From an uncultured Candidatus Bathyarchaeia archaeon (GTDB lineage: Archaea; Thermoproteota; Bathyarchaeia; 40CM-2-53-6), in contig CAZYOZ010000002.1 in assembly GCA_964649235.1 (NCBI GenBank), positions 4,542-68,541 on the forward strand: DNA of 64,000 bases, read 5' to 3'. Positions 40,532 to 49,845 of this stretch are shown in pieces; position 1 is the first letter of the stretch, and the number at the start of each line of letters is the position of its first letter. The notes under the pieces were generated by a model. The model was not told the origin of the DNA. It saw nothing but the letters and a program-made list of their open reading frames with translations, and did no database searches. A program made the position numbers and the translations under genes.

Positions 40532-41413
40532 CTAACGCTGCTTCCCAGCTTGGGTAATTGCAACGCCCGCCAGGGTCAAGGCTGAGAACACAACGTCAAG
40601 AATCGTGAATGCTTCGCCGAGCGTTATCACTGAAATGATTACGGCCAAAACTGGCATGGTGAAGAGTAGAACATACAGCTGAAATACGCTCGTTCGCTGC
40701 AGGACGTCGTACCAAGAAACCAGGCCCAGGCAATAAAGGAACGAGAGGAGCAACAGCGCCAAAATGACCTCATTCGACACTGTTTTTGGCCACGCGCTCT
40801 CCTCAAGAGCGATTGCAGACACCGCTAGGAGTAGCGCTCCGCCTACAAACGTCAGAGTCACGACGAACAACGCTTCGTACCTTCGTAATGCAACCTTTCC
40901 AATAATCCCCGAGATCGCGTAAGAAACACCAACTCCAACTTGTAATACGTTTCCGAAGAATGTGGAGCTTGCAATGCTGGCGAAATCGCCACCCGTCGAC
41001 AGCAGGGTGACTCCTGTCATCGCGGCTGCGACCCCGACGATCTCCCTCCAACCGACGGTCTCACGGAGAAAGGCTGCAGAAAGAAGGAGCGTGAACACCG
41101 GCGTCGTTGACTGCAACACGCTACTAAGGGACGCGCTGGTATATTCCAGACCGACGTTCTGGAGAAGATTCGGCAAGTAGATCTGCAAGACGCAGAGGAC
41201 AAGCAGCATAGGCCAGTCCGACTTTCTGATTCGAGTGCCTTGTCGCCGGTACCGGACTAAGACTATGGGAAGCATGACGGAGCACGCTAGGAGAAACCTG
41301 ACCGCGGCAACGGTCACCGGTGGCAGTTCGGAGAGGGCAATGCGAATCAGAGCGTACGCCGATGCGAACACGATTAGCGCTATCGCTTTTTCCAATGGAT
41401 CGCGAAGATTCAA
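40532..41413 (-). CDS. EamA/DMT-superfamily transporter
   Basis: 293 aa with 10 TM helices arranged as two EamA-like repeats. Confidence 0.75.
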   Translation of the reverse strand: MNLRDPLEKAIALIVFASAYALIRIALSELPPVTVAAVRFLLACSVMLPIVLVRYRRQGTRIRKSDWPMLLVLCVLQIYLPNLLQNVGLEYTSASLSSVLQSTTPVFTLLLSAAFLRETVGWREIVGVAAAMTGVTLLSTGGDFASIASSTFFGNVLQVGVGVSYAISGIIGKVALRRYEALFVVTLTFVGGALLLAVSAIALEESAWPKTVSNEVILALLLLSFLYCLGLVSWYDVLQRTSVFQLYVLLFTMPVLAVIISVITLGEAFTILDVVFSALTLAGVAITQAGKQR

Positions 41414-41456
41414 TGGATGCGCCTGTCCTTTGACGCTTATTGGCAGGCAGAGGGTC

Positions 41457-41891
41457 TCATTCCTTGGTGAGGAATTTTATGACCTTTCCAGTGCCAAGCT
41501 TTTCGAGCACTATCTTTTGTTCTTCTTCTGTGAGCGGCTTGTACTTCAGGTGGGTCTCTGTGAAACCGGCGTATCTTCCGGCCACTAGGTACGCGTTCGC
41601 CTTCTTTTCTTTGTAAACGGTGATCGGTTTGTGGATGGCTGATGGATCATCCCCGGCATAGATGTACGTGACCACATCTTCGTACTTCTTCTTGTCCTCA
41701 ATCCTTAGCACGAGGAACTCTGCGATGCCGGAATTCATGAGACCTGCACTTGCAGACACTAGTAAAATACTTGCGGTAAACTGCAGGTCGCCCAGATTCG
41801 GCTCCCTTTTTCCTTGACAGTTGCTACCACGTTTCGCAGTAGAATTGAGTTTCGAATGCCGATGTCTGACAGAGTGTGCAACACTTGGCAT
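41457..41891 (-). CDS. Hypothetical protein (the start is probably internal)
   Basis: 144-aa ORF with no recognizable motif. The plausible core begins at MNSGIAEFLVLRIEDKKKYEDV. Confidence 0.35.
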   Translation of the reverse strand: MPSVAHSVRHRHSKLNSTAKRGSNCQGKREPNLGDLQFTASILLVSASAGLMNSGIAEFLVLRIEDKKKYEDVVTYIYAGDDPSAIHKPITVYKEKKANAYLVAGRYAGFTETHLKYKPLTEEEQKIVLEKLGTGKVIKFLTKE

Positions 41892-41938
41892 AGCGAATTA
41901 GATCCATGCTTTGTCAAGGGGATTTCCCACAAGTTTAA

Positions 41939-42214
41939 ATGGGTTATCCCACACATTTCAGTGGGATGCAAGACATGCCCACGGCTGTCTTGGATGAGCG
42001 GGGAAGACTAGTCCTGCCAAGAGAACTCGCTGATGAACTGGGTGTTTCCAAAGGGGACGTTGTAGTCTTTGAGAGGAAAGGTAAGGACTTCGTGGTGGCA
42101 AAGGCTTCTTCAAAGAGAGATAGGCTAGAAGAAGTGATGGATTGGAACCCCGCTCGCACAGGAAAACCTGAGAGCCTGTCCCCTAAGAAGATGAAGGGGA
42201 TTTGGAAGACCTGA
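41939..42214 (+). CDS. vapB: AbrB/SpoVT-domain antitoxin (VapB-like)
   Basis: It carries AVLDERGRLVLPRELADELGVSKGDVVVFE, a swapped-hairpin motif. It overlaps the PIN gene by 13 nt. Confidence 0.75.
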   Translation: MGYPTHFSGMQDMPTAVLDERGRLVLPRELADELGVSKGDVVVFERKGKDFVVAKASSKRDRLEEVMDWNPARTGKPESLSPKKMKGIWKT

Positions 42215-42630
42215 TCGGAATAGACACAAACATTCTGGCTTACGCGCTTGATCCAACCTTTCCAGAACATCCCGACGCCAAAAAAGCGGTCCTCTCGTGC
42301 GACGGATGGGCGATTAACTCAACCGTAGTCCACGAGTGCTACCACACCTTGGTATTTGGAAGAAAGATTCCTCCTCCGGATTCCAAACTGAAGATCGTCG
42401 AGTTCCTGAAAGACTCGAGAACGGTCTTCCTCAACATGACGAGAGCCATGTCGCTCTTCGCGTTGGACTTGGCCACGAAAACAAACCTCGGTGGTAGGGA
42501 TTCGTTGATCATAGGTTGCTACTTGCACAACAATGTTCCAGAAATTTACTCTCACGACGAAGAGCTAACGAAGCTCGGAAGGGTGAGCTACAAAGGAAGA
42601 CACAGTCGCATCGTAGACCCTATAAAGTAG
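42202..42630 (+). CDS. vapC: PIN-domain toxin (VapC-like)
   Basis: 142 aa with IGIDTNILAYALD (first acidic residue) and further conserved acidic positions. Confidence 0.75.
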   Translation: MEDLIGIDTNILAYALDPTFPEHPDAKKAVLSCDGWAINSTVVHECYHTLVFGRKIPPPDSKLKIVEFLKDSRTVFLNMTRAMSLFALDLATKTNLGGRDSLIIGCYLHNNVPEIYSHDEELTKLGRVSYKGRHSRIVDPIK

Positions 42631-42779
42631 CCGCGAGAGCTCCAACATTACCCCCAGCGACCTTGTTGAATGCCTTCGAATTTGGAAGACGGTTCTACCG
42701 AATTTTTCCAAAGGGGTGTGGAGCCGGGGATGGGAGCCGAAAAAATGTTCAGTTCCCATACATTCGGTCCATAAGGCCC

Positions 42780-43372
42780 CTAGCGATGGCCGTCTAGCTT
42801 TAGCATGAACAGCAGGGTCAGAGCTGCGATCTGCGGAATGTACCAGACCAGAATAAGCGGGTCTGGACCGAAGAATGCTGCTTCGAAGGTAATCCATCCG
42901 AGCCAAACAATGCAGAGTGTGAGGGCTAGAGACCAAGCGTACGGTCTACCAGACCACAGAGAATAGGTCACTATGGCGAATCCGATGCCGTAGACGAAGA
43001 ACAACCAAAGTCCAGGCAGAAGAAAGTCATGAATTGGGATGGGAAGAGATGAAAGCGCTTTCGTTCCTCCAAGAGGAAATCCTAGAAGTGCGCCGCTTGG
43101 ATCAGCAATGAGAGGTATTCCTCCAATAAGGCCGAAGAAGGAACTTAGCACCTCGACGAAGAGCAGCATTGTCATAAAGCGCGGTCGTTGTCTCGCTGGT
43201 TTGCTCAACTGTTGACCGATCTCACCGGAGAGCCGATGGCAGCCAGCGCGCTGATAGGTTGAGCGATGAAGCTGTAGCCCTCCCATAGCACACCTCCGAG
43301 AATGTCAGTAGCGACACAAAGCAGCGAAGAGAGAATGCCACAGATGAGCAAGGCCCTACGTATTTTCGTCAA
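42780..43372 (-). pseudogene. Membrane protein gene in two frames (55-aa N-terminal piece at 43205-43372 plus the 42780-43286 ORF): either frameshifted or two separate genes
   Basis: The N-terminal piece starts at a TTG overlapping the upstream stop (ATTGA) and reads MTKIRRALLICGILSSLLCVATDILGGVLWEGYSFIAQPISALAAIGSP. The downstream frame is already open from 43286 and encodes about 4 more TM helices. An alternative independent ATG lies at 43175. Confidence 0.35.
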
Positions 43373-43611
43373 TGCTTGCTCTCGCTCCACCAAGCTGCCT
43401 GTTTCATTCCCCACGATGCCCAGGTGGCTCCCATGACCGCGATGAAGGCAAGGAAGATGACAACAATGACGGCGATATTCTGGTACACGTTGAAACTTCC
43501 CGCGTAGAAGAATAGCCACAGAATCACAGCTATTATTGACCCGAAGAAGGCGACGATGGACACTGCTACTCTCCAACCCATCCCCTCAGACTTGCCCGGG
43601 CTGCCGCTCAA
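43369..43611 (-). CDS. Small three-TM membrane protein
   Basis: 80 aa. The TTG start is preceded by GGGAGGTG plus 8 nt. Confidence 0.5.
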   Translation of the reverse strand: MSGSPGKSEGMGWRVAVSIVAFFGSIIAVILWLFFYAGSFNVYQNIAVIVVIFLAFIAVMGATWASWGMKQAAWWSESKH

Positions 43612-43739
43612 TTCGTTCCCACCTCCCTTCTACCTGCGCGCTTCCCCAAGTCCTCCAGCTTCCTTGAGTCCCGTTCCAAGCGATCCCGCAATCTTTTCTG
43701 TATTACTAGGTCGAGTATGGAAGATAACAAGGCTCTCAT
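43608..43739 (-). CDS. Possible 43-aa basic helical protein (below the track threshold)
   Basis: It reads MRALLSSILDLVIQKRLRDRLERDSRKLEDLGKRAGRREVGTN. Its TGA stop overlaps the TTG start of the next gene (ATTGA). Confidence 0.3.
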   Translation of the reverse strand: MRALLSSILDLVIQKRLRDRLERDSRKLEDLGKRAGRREVGTN

Positions 43740-43898
43740 AGTAGTGTCACAGCAAACTCAGCTGAGGACTACGAAGGAGTTAAGCCCGAGGTATGATTCT
43801 CATGGGTGGCAGTTGACGTCTGAAAGAATGCGACGTTTTCCATTGAGAGCGAGTGGACTAGGTTTGTAAGGCGCCGGGGGGGAATTGGACATTTGTTT

Positions 43899-44047
43899 TG
43901 GAGCCGGGGATGGGAATCGAACCCACCTCAGCGATTCTTTCTATACTGCGGGTTGCCGCAAGCTTCTCTACTGCAGCCCGCCGCCTGAACCGTTCGGCCT
44001 TCGGTGGCCCTCCAGACTTGGGGACCAACCCCGGCATCGTCCCCGGC
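43899..44047 (-). tRNA. tRNA-Cys (anticodon GCA) with multiple intervening sequences; encoded CCA
   Basis: Minus strand: acceptor GCCGGGG...CCCCGGC; discriminator U followed by CCA; T arm GTGGG-TTCGATT-CCCAT; D arm GCCG-AACGGTTC-AGGC; anticodon stem GCGGG/CCCGC with CTGCAG, then a 17-nt insert (TAGAGAAGCTTGCGGCA), then A. Extra inserts sit between acceptor and D arm (28-40 nt) and in the variable region (about 16 nt). Total length is 149 nt against 76 nt expected. Confidence 0.65.
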
Positions 44048-44072
44048 AGCGTTCTCGTTCAGGCCGACAGTT

Positions 44073-44080
44073 CTAATAAA
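44073..44080 (-). promoter_or_regulatory. TATA-like box upstream of tRNA-Cys
   Basis: The minus strand reads TTTATTAG about 26-33 nt upstream of the tRNA 5' end. Confidence 0.3.
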
Positions 44081-44175
44081 GATTGAAGTTCGAGAGGGAT
44101 TAGAACATCTAGCAGAAGTCGACTTGCGGGTGGTTCTAATAGGCACGCAGACGATATGAGATTCTGAGAGCCTGC

Positions 44176-44469
44176 ATGCCATACCTTCAAACTCAAGGCC
44201 AGCTGTTCATGAAACTGTGTTCGGATCATCTATCGTACGAGGCGATTCCGCGGAAGCCAATGAAGGTTGGCTTAGCCAAGCTCAAGAAGGAAGACTCAGG
44301 TCGCTACGAATTGTTGATGTGGACACCTCACTTCGTCGTCATGCGGACTAGCAGTGGCTTGGAGGTTACGGTCAGAGGAGATGGACGAATGGTTGTGAGG
44401 AAGGCTGCGTCCGAGGAAGACGCGCGCAACACGGCCACAGAGATAATGCACATTCTTCTCGAGAAGTAG
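44176..44469 (+). CDS. Small protein with a single TBP-repeat-like domain, paralogous to the C-terminal domain of the adjacent E1-like enzyme
   Basis: It carries LLMWTPHFVVMRTSSGLEVTVRGDGRMVVRKAASEEDARNTATEIMHILL. The start is uncertain (possibly MKVGLAKL). Confidence 0.55.
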   Translation: MPYLQTQGQLFMKLCSDHLSYEAIPRKPMKVGLAKLKKEDSGRYELLMWTPHFVVMRTSSGLEVTVRGDGRMVVRKAASEEDARNTATEIMHILLEK

Positions 44470-44471
44470 GG

Positions 44472-45167
44472 TCAGAGAGTTATGGTTCTGGCGCACTCGA
44501 GAGCTCTCTGAACCATCATCTGAACATCTAGGGCATTTTCGATCTCGTCAAGGCGCCTGCGTTTCGCTGACGTGCTAGGGTTATTCGTAGGAACACCGCA
44601 GGTTGCCACGCCCGGCCGGATGGAGATTTCGTAGGTGCCAATTTTCTTGGCAATTCTCTGGATCTGCAGCTTATTCATCCCGACGAGGGGTCTGACCACC
44701 GGCAGGCGGGAGAGAACACAATCTGCCGCGGTGATGTTCTCCAGTGTCTGGCTGGCTTTCTGCCCAAGCGCGTCCCCCGTAACGATCACGTCGCATCCTT
44801 CTCTGAGAGCAATCTGCTCTACAATCCTGAGCATCATGCGCCGGGAAAGAATACATGCGTACTTGACGGGGCATCTGGACACTATATCCCGCAGATCCGG
44901 AGAGTGCGGAACGAGGTATACTCTCGCTCCAACGATTCCCTCCTTGTCGCATATTCTCCTGATCGTGTCAAGAGCTATCTCTTCGGCACCCTGGTCGCAG
45001 AGCGGGTAATTGTCGAAGTAAGCGAAGACGGGTGCAACTCCCTTTCTGATCATCAGCCACGCTGCGACGGGGGAATCGATGCCGCCCGAAACAAGGAACA
45101 GAGCCCTCCCGAACAGTCGCAGCCCTGCCCGGCCTTCGTCAACATTGCCAGGAATTTGAAGCGTCAT
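44472..45167 (-). CDS. thiI: ThiI-like PP-loop ATPase lacking the N-terminal ferredoxin-like/THUMP domains
   Basis: 231 aa with the PP-loop LVSGGIDSPVAAWLM, the ThiI-type blocks VTGDALGQKASQTLENI and RPLVGMNK, and the candidate catalytic Cys in ATCGVP. Confidence 0.75.
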   Translation of the reverse strand: MTLQIPGNVDEGRAGLRLFGRALFLVSGGIDSPVAAWLMIRKGVAPVFAYFDNYPLCDQGAEEIALDTIRRICDKEGIVGARVYLVPHSPDLRDIVSRCPVKYACILSRRMMLRIVEQIALREGCDVIVTGDALGQKASQTLENITAADCVLSRLPVVRPLVGMNKLQIQRIAKKIGTYEISIRPGVATCGVPTNNPSTSAKRRRLDEIENALDVQMMVQRALECARTITL

Positions 45168-45170
45168 TCC

Positions 45171-46205
45171 TCATCGCGAATCCATCATCTTTCTGACCGC
45201 ACGAAAGACCTCAAGTGCTTCGTTTTCACTCCGAACATTCTTGATGAGCATCCGGCCTTTCCTAAATAGGCTTACTTCGTGACCATCATAGTCGAAGACT
45301 ATGACCATCGGCGTCGCCAATAGAACCCTATGCTTTCTGGCGATGGATTTGGTCAGGGAGCCGAGGTCAAGCGATAGAATCTTTTCCGGGTTAACATTGG
45401 CCGTATCCGAACCGCAGAGCCAAGCGAGCCGCCGTGGATAAGCTTCAACTGTCGCCGAACGTAACTGACAGACAGGACAGTCCGGGCGGATCTTGAGGGT
45501 CACCGTTCGAAATTCTGACTGGGCGAAGTCGAAAACCATCAGCCTGCTTGGTGACTCTGGTTCTATTCCCGTAAGCATCTTAATTGTTTCCATGGCCTGA
45601 ATGCTACCCACGATTCCCGTCGTCGCTCCGAGCACCCCGCGGGTGTCGCAAGTCGGGAGGTTCGCATCGTCTAGACCGGGCAGAACGCATTCGAGGCAAG
45701 GGGTCTCTGGGCTCCTGAAGACAGCAACGTTGCCCTCCATCCCGATGGCGCCCCCGAAAACGTAAGGGATCTTCTTCTCAACGCAGGCACGGTTGATGAG
45801 ATATCGTGTCATCATGTTGTCCAATCCGTCAACGACACCATCTGAGCCTTCTAGGACTGACGACACGTTCTCTGAATCCAGGTTCTCCGGAACCGGCCGG
45901 ACCTCGGTTTCAGGGTTAATCTGATTGATTCGCCTCGCCGCTGCCTCGACTTTTGGGTACCGTATGTCTGCAAGTGAGTAGAGGATCTGTCGATGCAAGT
46001 TGTTCAATTCTACCGTGTCTTGGTCTACCAGGGTCAGTTTGCCAACTCCGGCAAGTGCAAGATATAGTGCACACACACTCCCCAAACCACCTAGGCCAAC
46101 AATTGTTACTCTAGAACCGGCGAGTTTTTTCTGACCGGTCTTGCCCAGTTCTGAAAGGACGGTCTGACGGCTGAAGAACTCATTCCTATCGAATCGAGAG
46201 GCCAA
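45171..46205 (-). CDS. E1-like ThiF/MoeB/UbaA-family adenylyltransferase with an extra C-terminal domain of about 90 aa
   Basis: 344 aa with the nucleotide loop VGLGGLGS, the zinc pairs CLEC...CPVC, the candidate catalytic Cys in LPTCDTRGVLG, and the C-terminal PMVIVFDYDGHEVSLFRKGRMLIKNVRSENEALEVFRAVRKMM. The start is TTG. Confidence 0.85.
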   Translation of the reverse strand: MASRFDRNEFFSRQTVLSELGKTGQKKLAGSRVTIVGLGGLGSVCALYLALAGVGKLTLVDQDTVELNNLHRQILYSLADIRYPKVEAAARRINQINPETEVRPVPENLDSENVSSVLEGSDGVVDGLDNMMTRYLINRACVEKKIPYVFGGAIGMEGNVAVFRSPETPCLECVLPGLDDANLPTCDTRGVLGATTGIVGSIQAMETIKMLTGIEPESPSRLMVFDFAQSEFRTVTLKIRPDCPVCQLRSATVEAYPRRLAWLCGSDTANVNPEKILSLDLGSLTKSIARKHRVLLATPMVIVFDYDGHEVSLFRKGRMLIKNVRSENEALEVFRAVRKMMDSR

Positions 46206-46301
46206 TGTCAGTCTGCGGCCGTAGGTAGGACGATGAAGGCTTTCAGGATATGGGATAAAGGGCGCGGACCGCCCGACAGCAATCGTAGTCAGCTGTTCAA
46301 G

Positions 46302-47495
46302 TCATGAGTAGAAGGGGAGGCCCAGTTTCGCAAGTCGGTACTTGAAATACGGCCAGGCCAGTTTCAGTCTGGCATCTCTATACCGTAGGGTCCCATCCAT
46401 TAGGCCTACCATGCACTCCTGAACCTTCCTTTCGCCGAAGAAGAACCGGGCCACCCGTTCCATGTCATACTGTTCCAGGTAGCTGAAACGGGCTACCTGG
46501 TACGCAACGTCGAAATCCACCCCGAAGGCATCCCTCCAGGCCTTCTTGTATGCCTGGAGAAAGTTCGCATCAAACCTGTCCGCTCGACAAGCCTCTGCGG
46601 CAGTTTGTGCAGCTATCTGCCCTCCAAGAATTGAGAAGTAGATTCCCTCACCGAGCAGAGGTTCTGCAAACCCCGCTGAGTCACCTGTAAGCAGGACTCT
46701 ATCCGAAACCGTAGGCACTTCAATAGCTCCGCCGAGAGGAATCAGATGAGCCTGAGGCCTCGGGATGTCGACTCCCGCGAGTTCGGGAATCCTCCTGACG
46801 AAAGTATCGAACAGCGTGCGGGCGTCCCGGAGCCTGCTGAGTCTGCATCCGACGCCTACTGTTAGATGGTCGTCTTTGGGGAAGACCCATCCATAACCAG
46901 CTGGCGAAACTCCAAAATGCATGTCGAAGTATGCGTTGCTTCCAATGAAGTCCTGTACTGCTCTTTCTCCGACAGGGACTTCACTCTCAATTGCGTATGC
47001 TACCGCGTGAGGCGTCCAGCGCTCGCGAATTCCCGCCCTGCTTGCTGTGATGCTGCCCATCCCATCCGCGCCGACGACCAACTTCGAGTGAAATCTACCG
47101 TTCGGAGTCCTTAGCTCGACATGTGTCGTTTGGACCTGCAGGCCATCGACCGGGCTTCTATCTTTGAAGTCAGCCCCAGCCTCAGCGGCCTTCTCCGCTA
47201 GGAACGCATCGAACTCTGACCGCGATGTCATGTACACAAGTGCAGAGTCAGTTTCGAATGGATATTGCTCTTCGCCCACGTGAATTCTGGCGGATCGTGT
47301 AGTGCACTCGATGAGTTCATTTGGAAGACTGAAGTCGAAAAGCTTCAGGACTTTCGGTGTGACCCCGCCACCGCAGAGTTTGTTGCGGGGCAATGGCTCC
47401 TTCTCTAGGAGGAGAGTGCGTAGTCCTAGCTTGGCTGCGGTTCTTGCAACCGAAGTCCCCGCTGGACCTGCCCCAACAACAGCGACGTCGTACAA
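46302..47495 (-). CDS. Geranylgeranyl-reductase-family FAD-dependent oxidoreductase
   Basis: 397 aa with YDVAVVGAGPAGTSVARTAAKLG and CGGG motifs. The start is TTG. Confidence 0.8.
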   Translation of the reverse strand: MYDVAVVGAGPAGTSVARTAAKLGLRTLLLEKEPLPRNKLCGGGVTPKVLKLFDFSLPNELIECTTRSARIHVGEEQYPFETDSALVYMTSRSEFDAFLAEKAAEAGADFKDRSPVDGLQVQTTHVELRTPNGRFHSKLVVGADGMGSITASRAGIRERWTPHAVAYAIESEVPVGERAVQDFIGSNAYFDMHFGVSPAGYGWVFPKDDHLTVGVGCRLSRLRDARTLFDTFVRRIPELAGVDIPRPQAHLIPLGGAIEVPTVSDRVLLTGDSAGFAEPLLGEGIYFSILGGQIAAQTAAEACRADRFDANFLQAYKKAWRDAFGVDFDVAYQVARFSYLEQYDMERVARFFFGERKVQECMVGLMDGTLRYRDARLKLAWPYFKYRLAKLGLPFYS

Positions 47496-47591
47496 TTTCA
47501 GGTCAGACGGATATGAAAGTTGCAGGGAACATTTTTTACCCTTCTGGGTAAGCCTAAGTGACCTCGGTTGATTGGAGGATAACGAAACAGA

Positions 47592-49670
47592 GTGGCGAAA
47601 GACCCTGTCTGCGGGATGTTCGTTGATGAGAAGACCGCAACGATAACCCGCACAATTCGCGGAACCAAATGGTACTTTTGCAGTGAAACCTGCGCTCAGA
47701 CCTTCGAGAAACCCGAAGTAGAGATCAAGCGGCTGAAATTCCTAGTGATTGCTGGCGTCATACTCACTATTCCAACCGCCCTCTTCACTTATGCACCGGT
47801 TCTCCCGCCAAACACCAATAACTATGTGCTTTTCCTCCTGGAAACTCCAATTCAGTTCGTCATAGGGTGGCGATTCTACCGCGGAGCTTACGACGCCATC
47901 AGAAACCGAATGGGCAACATGGACTTACTCATCGCGATCGGCACCACTGCGGCTTGGGCCTACAGCACCATCGTAACCTTCTTTCCCGCAGTCTTCCCGA
48001 CAAGCGGCGCGTATTTTGAAACAGCTGCAATAATCATCACATTGATCCTTCTGGGCAATCTGCTGGAGCATATCACGAAGGGCAGGGCTTCCGAGGCCGT
48101 CCGCAAATTGCTGGATCTGCAGCCGAGAATGGCACATGTGATCCGGGATGGCGCGGAGGTCAATATTCCCGTAGAGTCAGTCACGGTTGGAGATATCCTC
48201 GTGATTCGGCCAGGCGAGCGTATCCCGGTTGACGCCGTCGTGGCTGAAGGAAGTTCCGCGGTCGATCAATCCGCGATAACGGGTGAGAGCATCCCCGTGG
48301 AGAAGAACGTGGGCGACGAGGTAATCGGCGCCACGATCAACACCTCTGGCCTGCTCAGAGTTCGAGCCAGCAAGGTTGGGGCGGACACGGTTCTTTCGAA
48401 AATTGTTCAGCTGGTAGAAGAGGCGCAGATGGCGCGGGCGCCAATCCAACGTCTGGCAGACAGAGTCTCAGCATACTTTGTTCCCGCAGTGATAGCAATC
48501 GCTACTGGAGCTGCCCTTGGATGGTATTTCATTGGGGGGCTTGCGTTGAACTTCGCCGTACTCGCATTTGTTTCTGTCATCATAATTGCATGTCCCTGCG
48601 CACTCGGGATCGCAACTCCCGCCGCGATCTTGGTCGGAACAGCAAAGGGCGCTCAGAATGGAATACTCATTAAGGGTGGGGAGTACCTTGAAACCACACA
48701 CAAACTCCAATCAATCGTCTTCGATAAGACGGGAACATTGACTCGAGGAAAACCATCCGTAACCGACATCGTACCGGTTGGCAATCACGCTGCGGAAGAA
48801 GTCCTCCGACTTGCAGCAATAGCAGAGAAGGGGTCGGAACATCCACTTGCGCGAGCAGTATTGCAGGCGGCCGAAGAGAAACGCATGAGTGTGCCAGACG
48901 CGGCTTCGTTCAAGGCCGAGCCCGGCCAAGGTGTCGTAGCAGAGTACAAAGGCAAAACATTGCTCCTGGGAAACCGCAAGCTAATGGCTGACCATCGGTT
49001 AGATCTTAGATCCGTCGAAACCGCTGTCTCAAAACTCGAAGAGGAGGGCAAGACGGTCATGCTGCTCTACTCAGAAAACGAACCGTTGGGGCTACTGGGC
49101 CTGGCCGACACACTGAAGGACGACGCGCCTGTCGCAGTAAATGAACTCAAGCGAATGAAGATTGAAGTAGTCATGTTGACAGGCGACAATCCACGAACAG
49201 CGAAAGCGATCGGAGGAAAACTCGGCATTAATCGAGTAATCGCCGATGTTCTTCCTGATCAGAAGGAACAAGTCATCAGAGAGTTGCAGAAGGAAGGGAA
49301 GATCGTTGCCATGGTCGGGGACGGGATCAACGATGCCCCAGCCCTCGCTGCAGCGAATGTCGGCATAGCCATCGGGAGCGGAACAGACGTCGCGGTCGAA
49401 ACCGGAGGTATTGTGCTAATCAAAAACAACGTGCGCGACGTGGTAATCTCAATCAAACTCAGCAAGGCAACGGTCCGCAAGATCAAGCAGAATCTTTTCT
49501 GGGCTTTCTGCTACAATGTGGCTCTCATACCCATCGCGGCTGGGGCTCTGGTACCTTTCCTCGGGCCAACAGTCTACGATTTCCTTCCGTTCTTGGCTGC
49601 AGGGGCTATGGCTTCCAGCTCGGTGACCGTCGTAAGCAATTCACTTTTGTTGAATAGGTTCAAACCCTGA
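47592..49670 (+). CDS. copA: Copper-translocating P1B-type ATPase with an N-terminal YHS/TRASH metal-binding domain
   Basis: 692 aa with [13 protein letters not shown]...YFCSETC at the N-terminus, the CPC TM motif, DKTGTLT, and GDGINDAP. Confidence 0.9.
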   Translation: MAKDPVCGMFVDEKTATITRTIRGTKWYFCSETCAQTFEKPEVEIKRLKFLVIAGVILTIPTALFTYAPVLPPNTNNYVLFLLETPIQFVIGWRFYRGAYDAIRNRMGNMDLLIAIGTTAAWAYSTIVTFFPAVFPTSGAYFETAAIIITLILLGNLLEHITKGRASEAVRKLLDLQPRMAHVIRDGAEVNIPVESVTVGDILVIRPGERIPVDAVVAEGSSAVDQSAITGESIPVEKNVGDEVIGATINTSGLLRVRASKVGADTVLSKIVQLVEEAQMARAPIQRLADRVSAYFVPAVIAIATGAALGWYFIGGLALNFAVLAFVSVIIIACPCALGIATPAAILVGTAKGAQNGILIKGGEYLETTHKLQSIVFDKTGTLTRGKPSVTDIVPVGNHAAEEVLRLAAIAEKGSEHPLARAVLQAAEEKRMSVPDAASFKAEPGQGVVAEYKGKTLLLGNRKLMADHRLDLRSVETAVSKLEEEGKTVMLLYSENEPLGLLGLADTLKDDAPVAVNELKRMKIEVVMLTGDNPRTAKAIGGKLGINRVIADVLPDQKEQVIRELQKEGKIVAMVGDGINDAPALAAANVGIAIGSGTDVAVETGGIVLIKNNVRDVVISIKLSKATVRKIKQNLFWAFCYNVALIPIAAGALVPFLGPTVYDFLPFLAAGAMASSSVTVVSNSLLLNRFKP

Positions 49671-49693
49671 ACGAGAAAGGAGGTGCACACTGT

Positions 49694-49837
49694 ATGGCGA
49701 AGGATCCAGTTTGCGGAATGAATGTTGACGAAAAGAAGGCTGCGGCTACGAGCAGCTATGCAGGCAGGACGTACTATTTCTGCTCTCCAATGTGCAAAGC
49801 TGAGTTCGACAAGAACCCATCCAAGTACGCCAAGTAG
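49694..49837 (+). CDS. 47-aa YHS/TRASH-domain metal-binding protein (not in the ORF track)
   Basis: It reads [47 protein letters not shown], is preceded by AGGAGGTG plus 8 nt, and is a paralog of the CopA N-terminus. Confidence 0.8.
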   Translation: MAKDPVCGMNVDEKKAAATSSYAGRTYYFCSPMCKAEFDKNPSKYAK

Positions 49838-49845
49838 GTTACCCT

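Noticed and set aside
41900-44060. The tRNA-Cys-adjacent segment (VapBC, small membrane ORFs, duplicated GCCGGGG heptamer) as an integrated mobile element with att repeats.
   Set aside because: There is no integrase, transposase or other mobile-element gene here. The repeat is only 7 nt and lies within the tRNA 5' region rather than flanking a block.
43885-44182. Three listed ORFs (43885-44076 +, 43898-44086 +, 43928-44182 -) as protein genes.
   Set aside because: They cover the intron-containing tRNA-Cys locus, and the RNA fold explains the region better.
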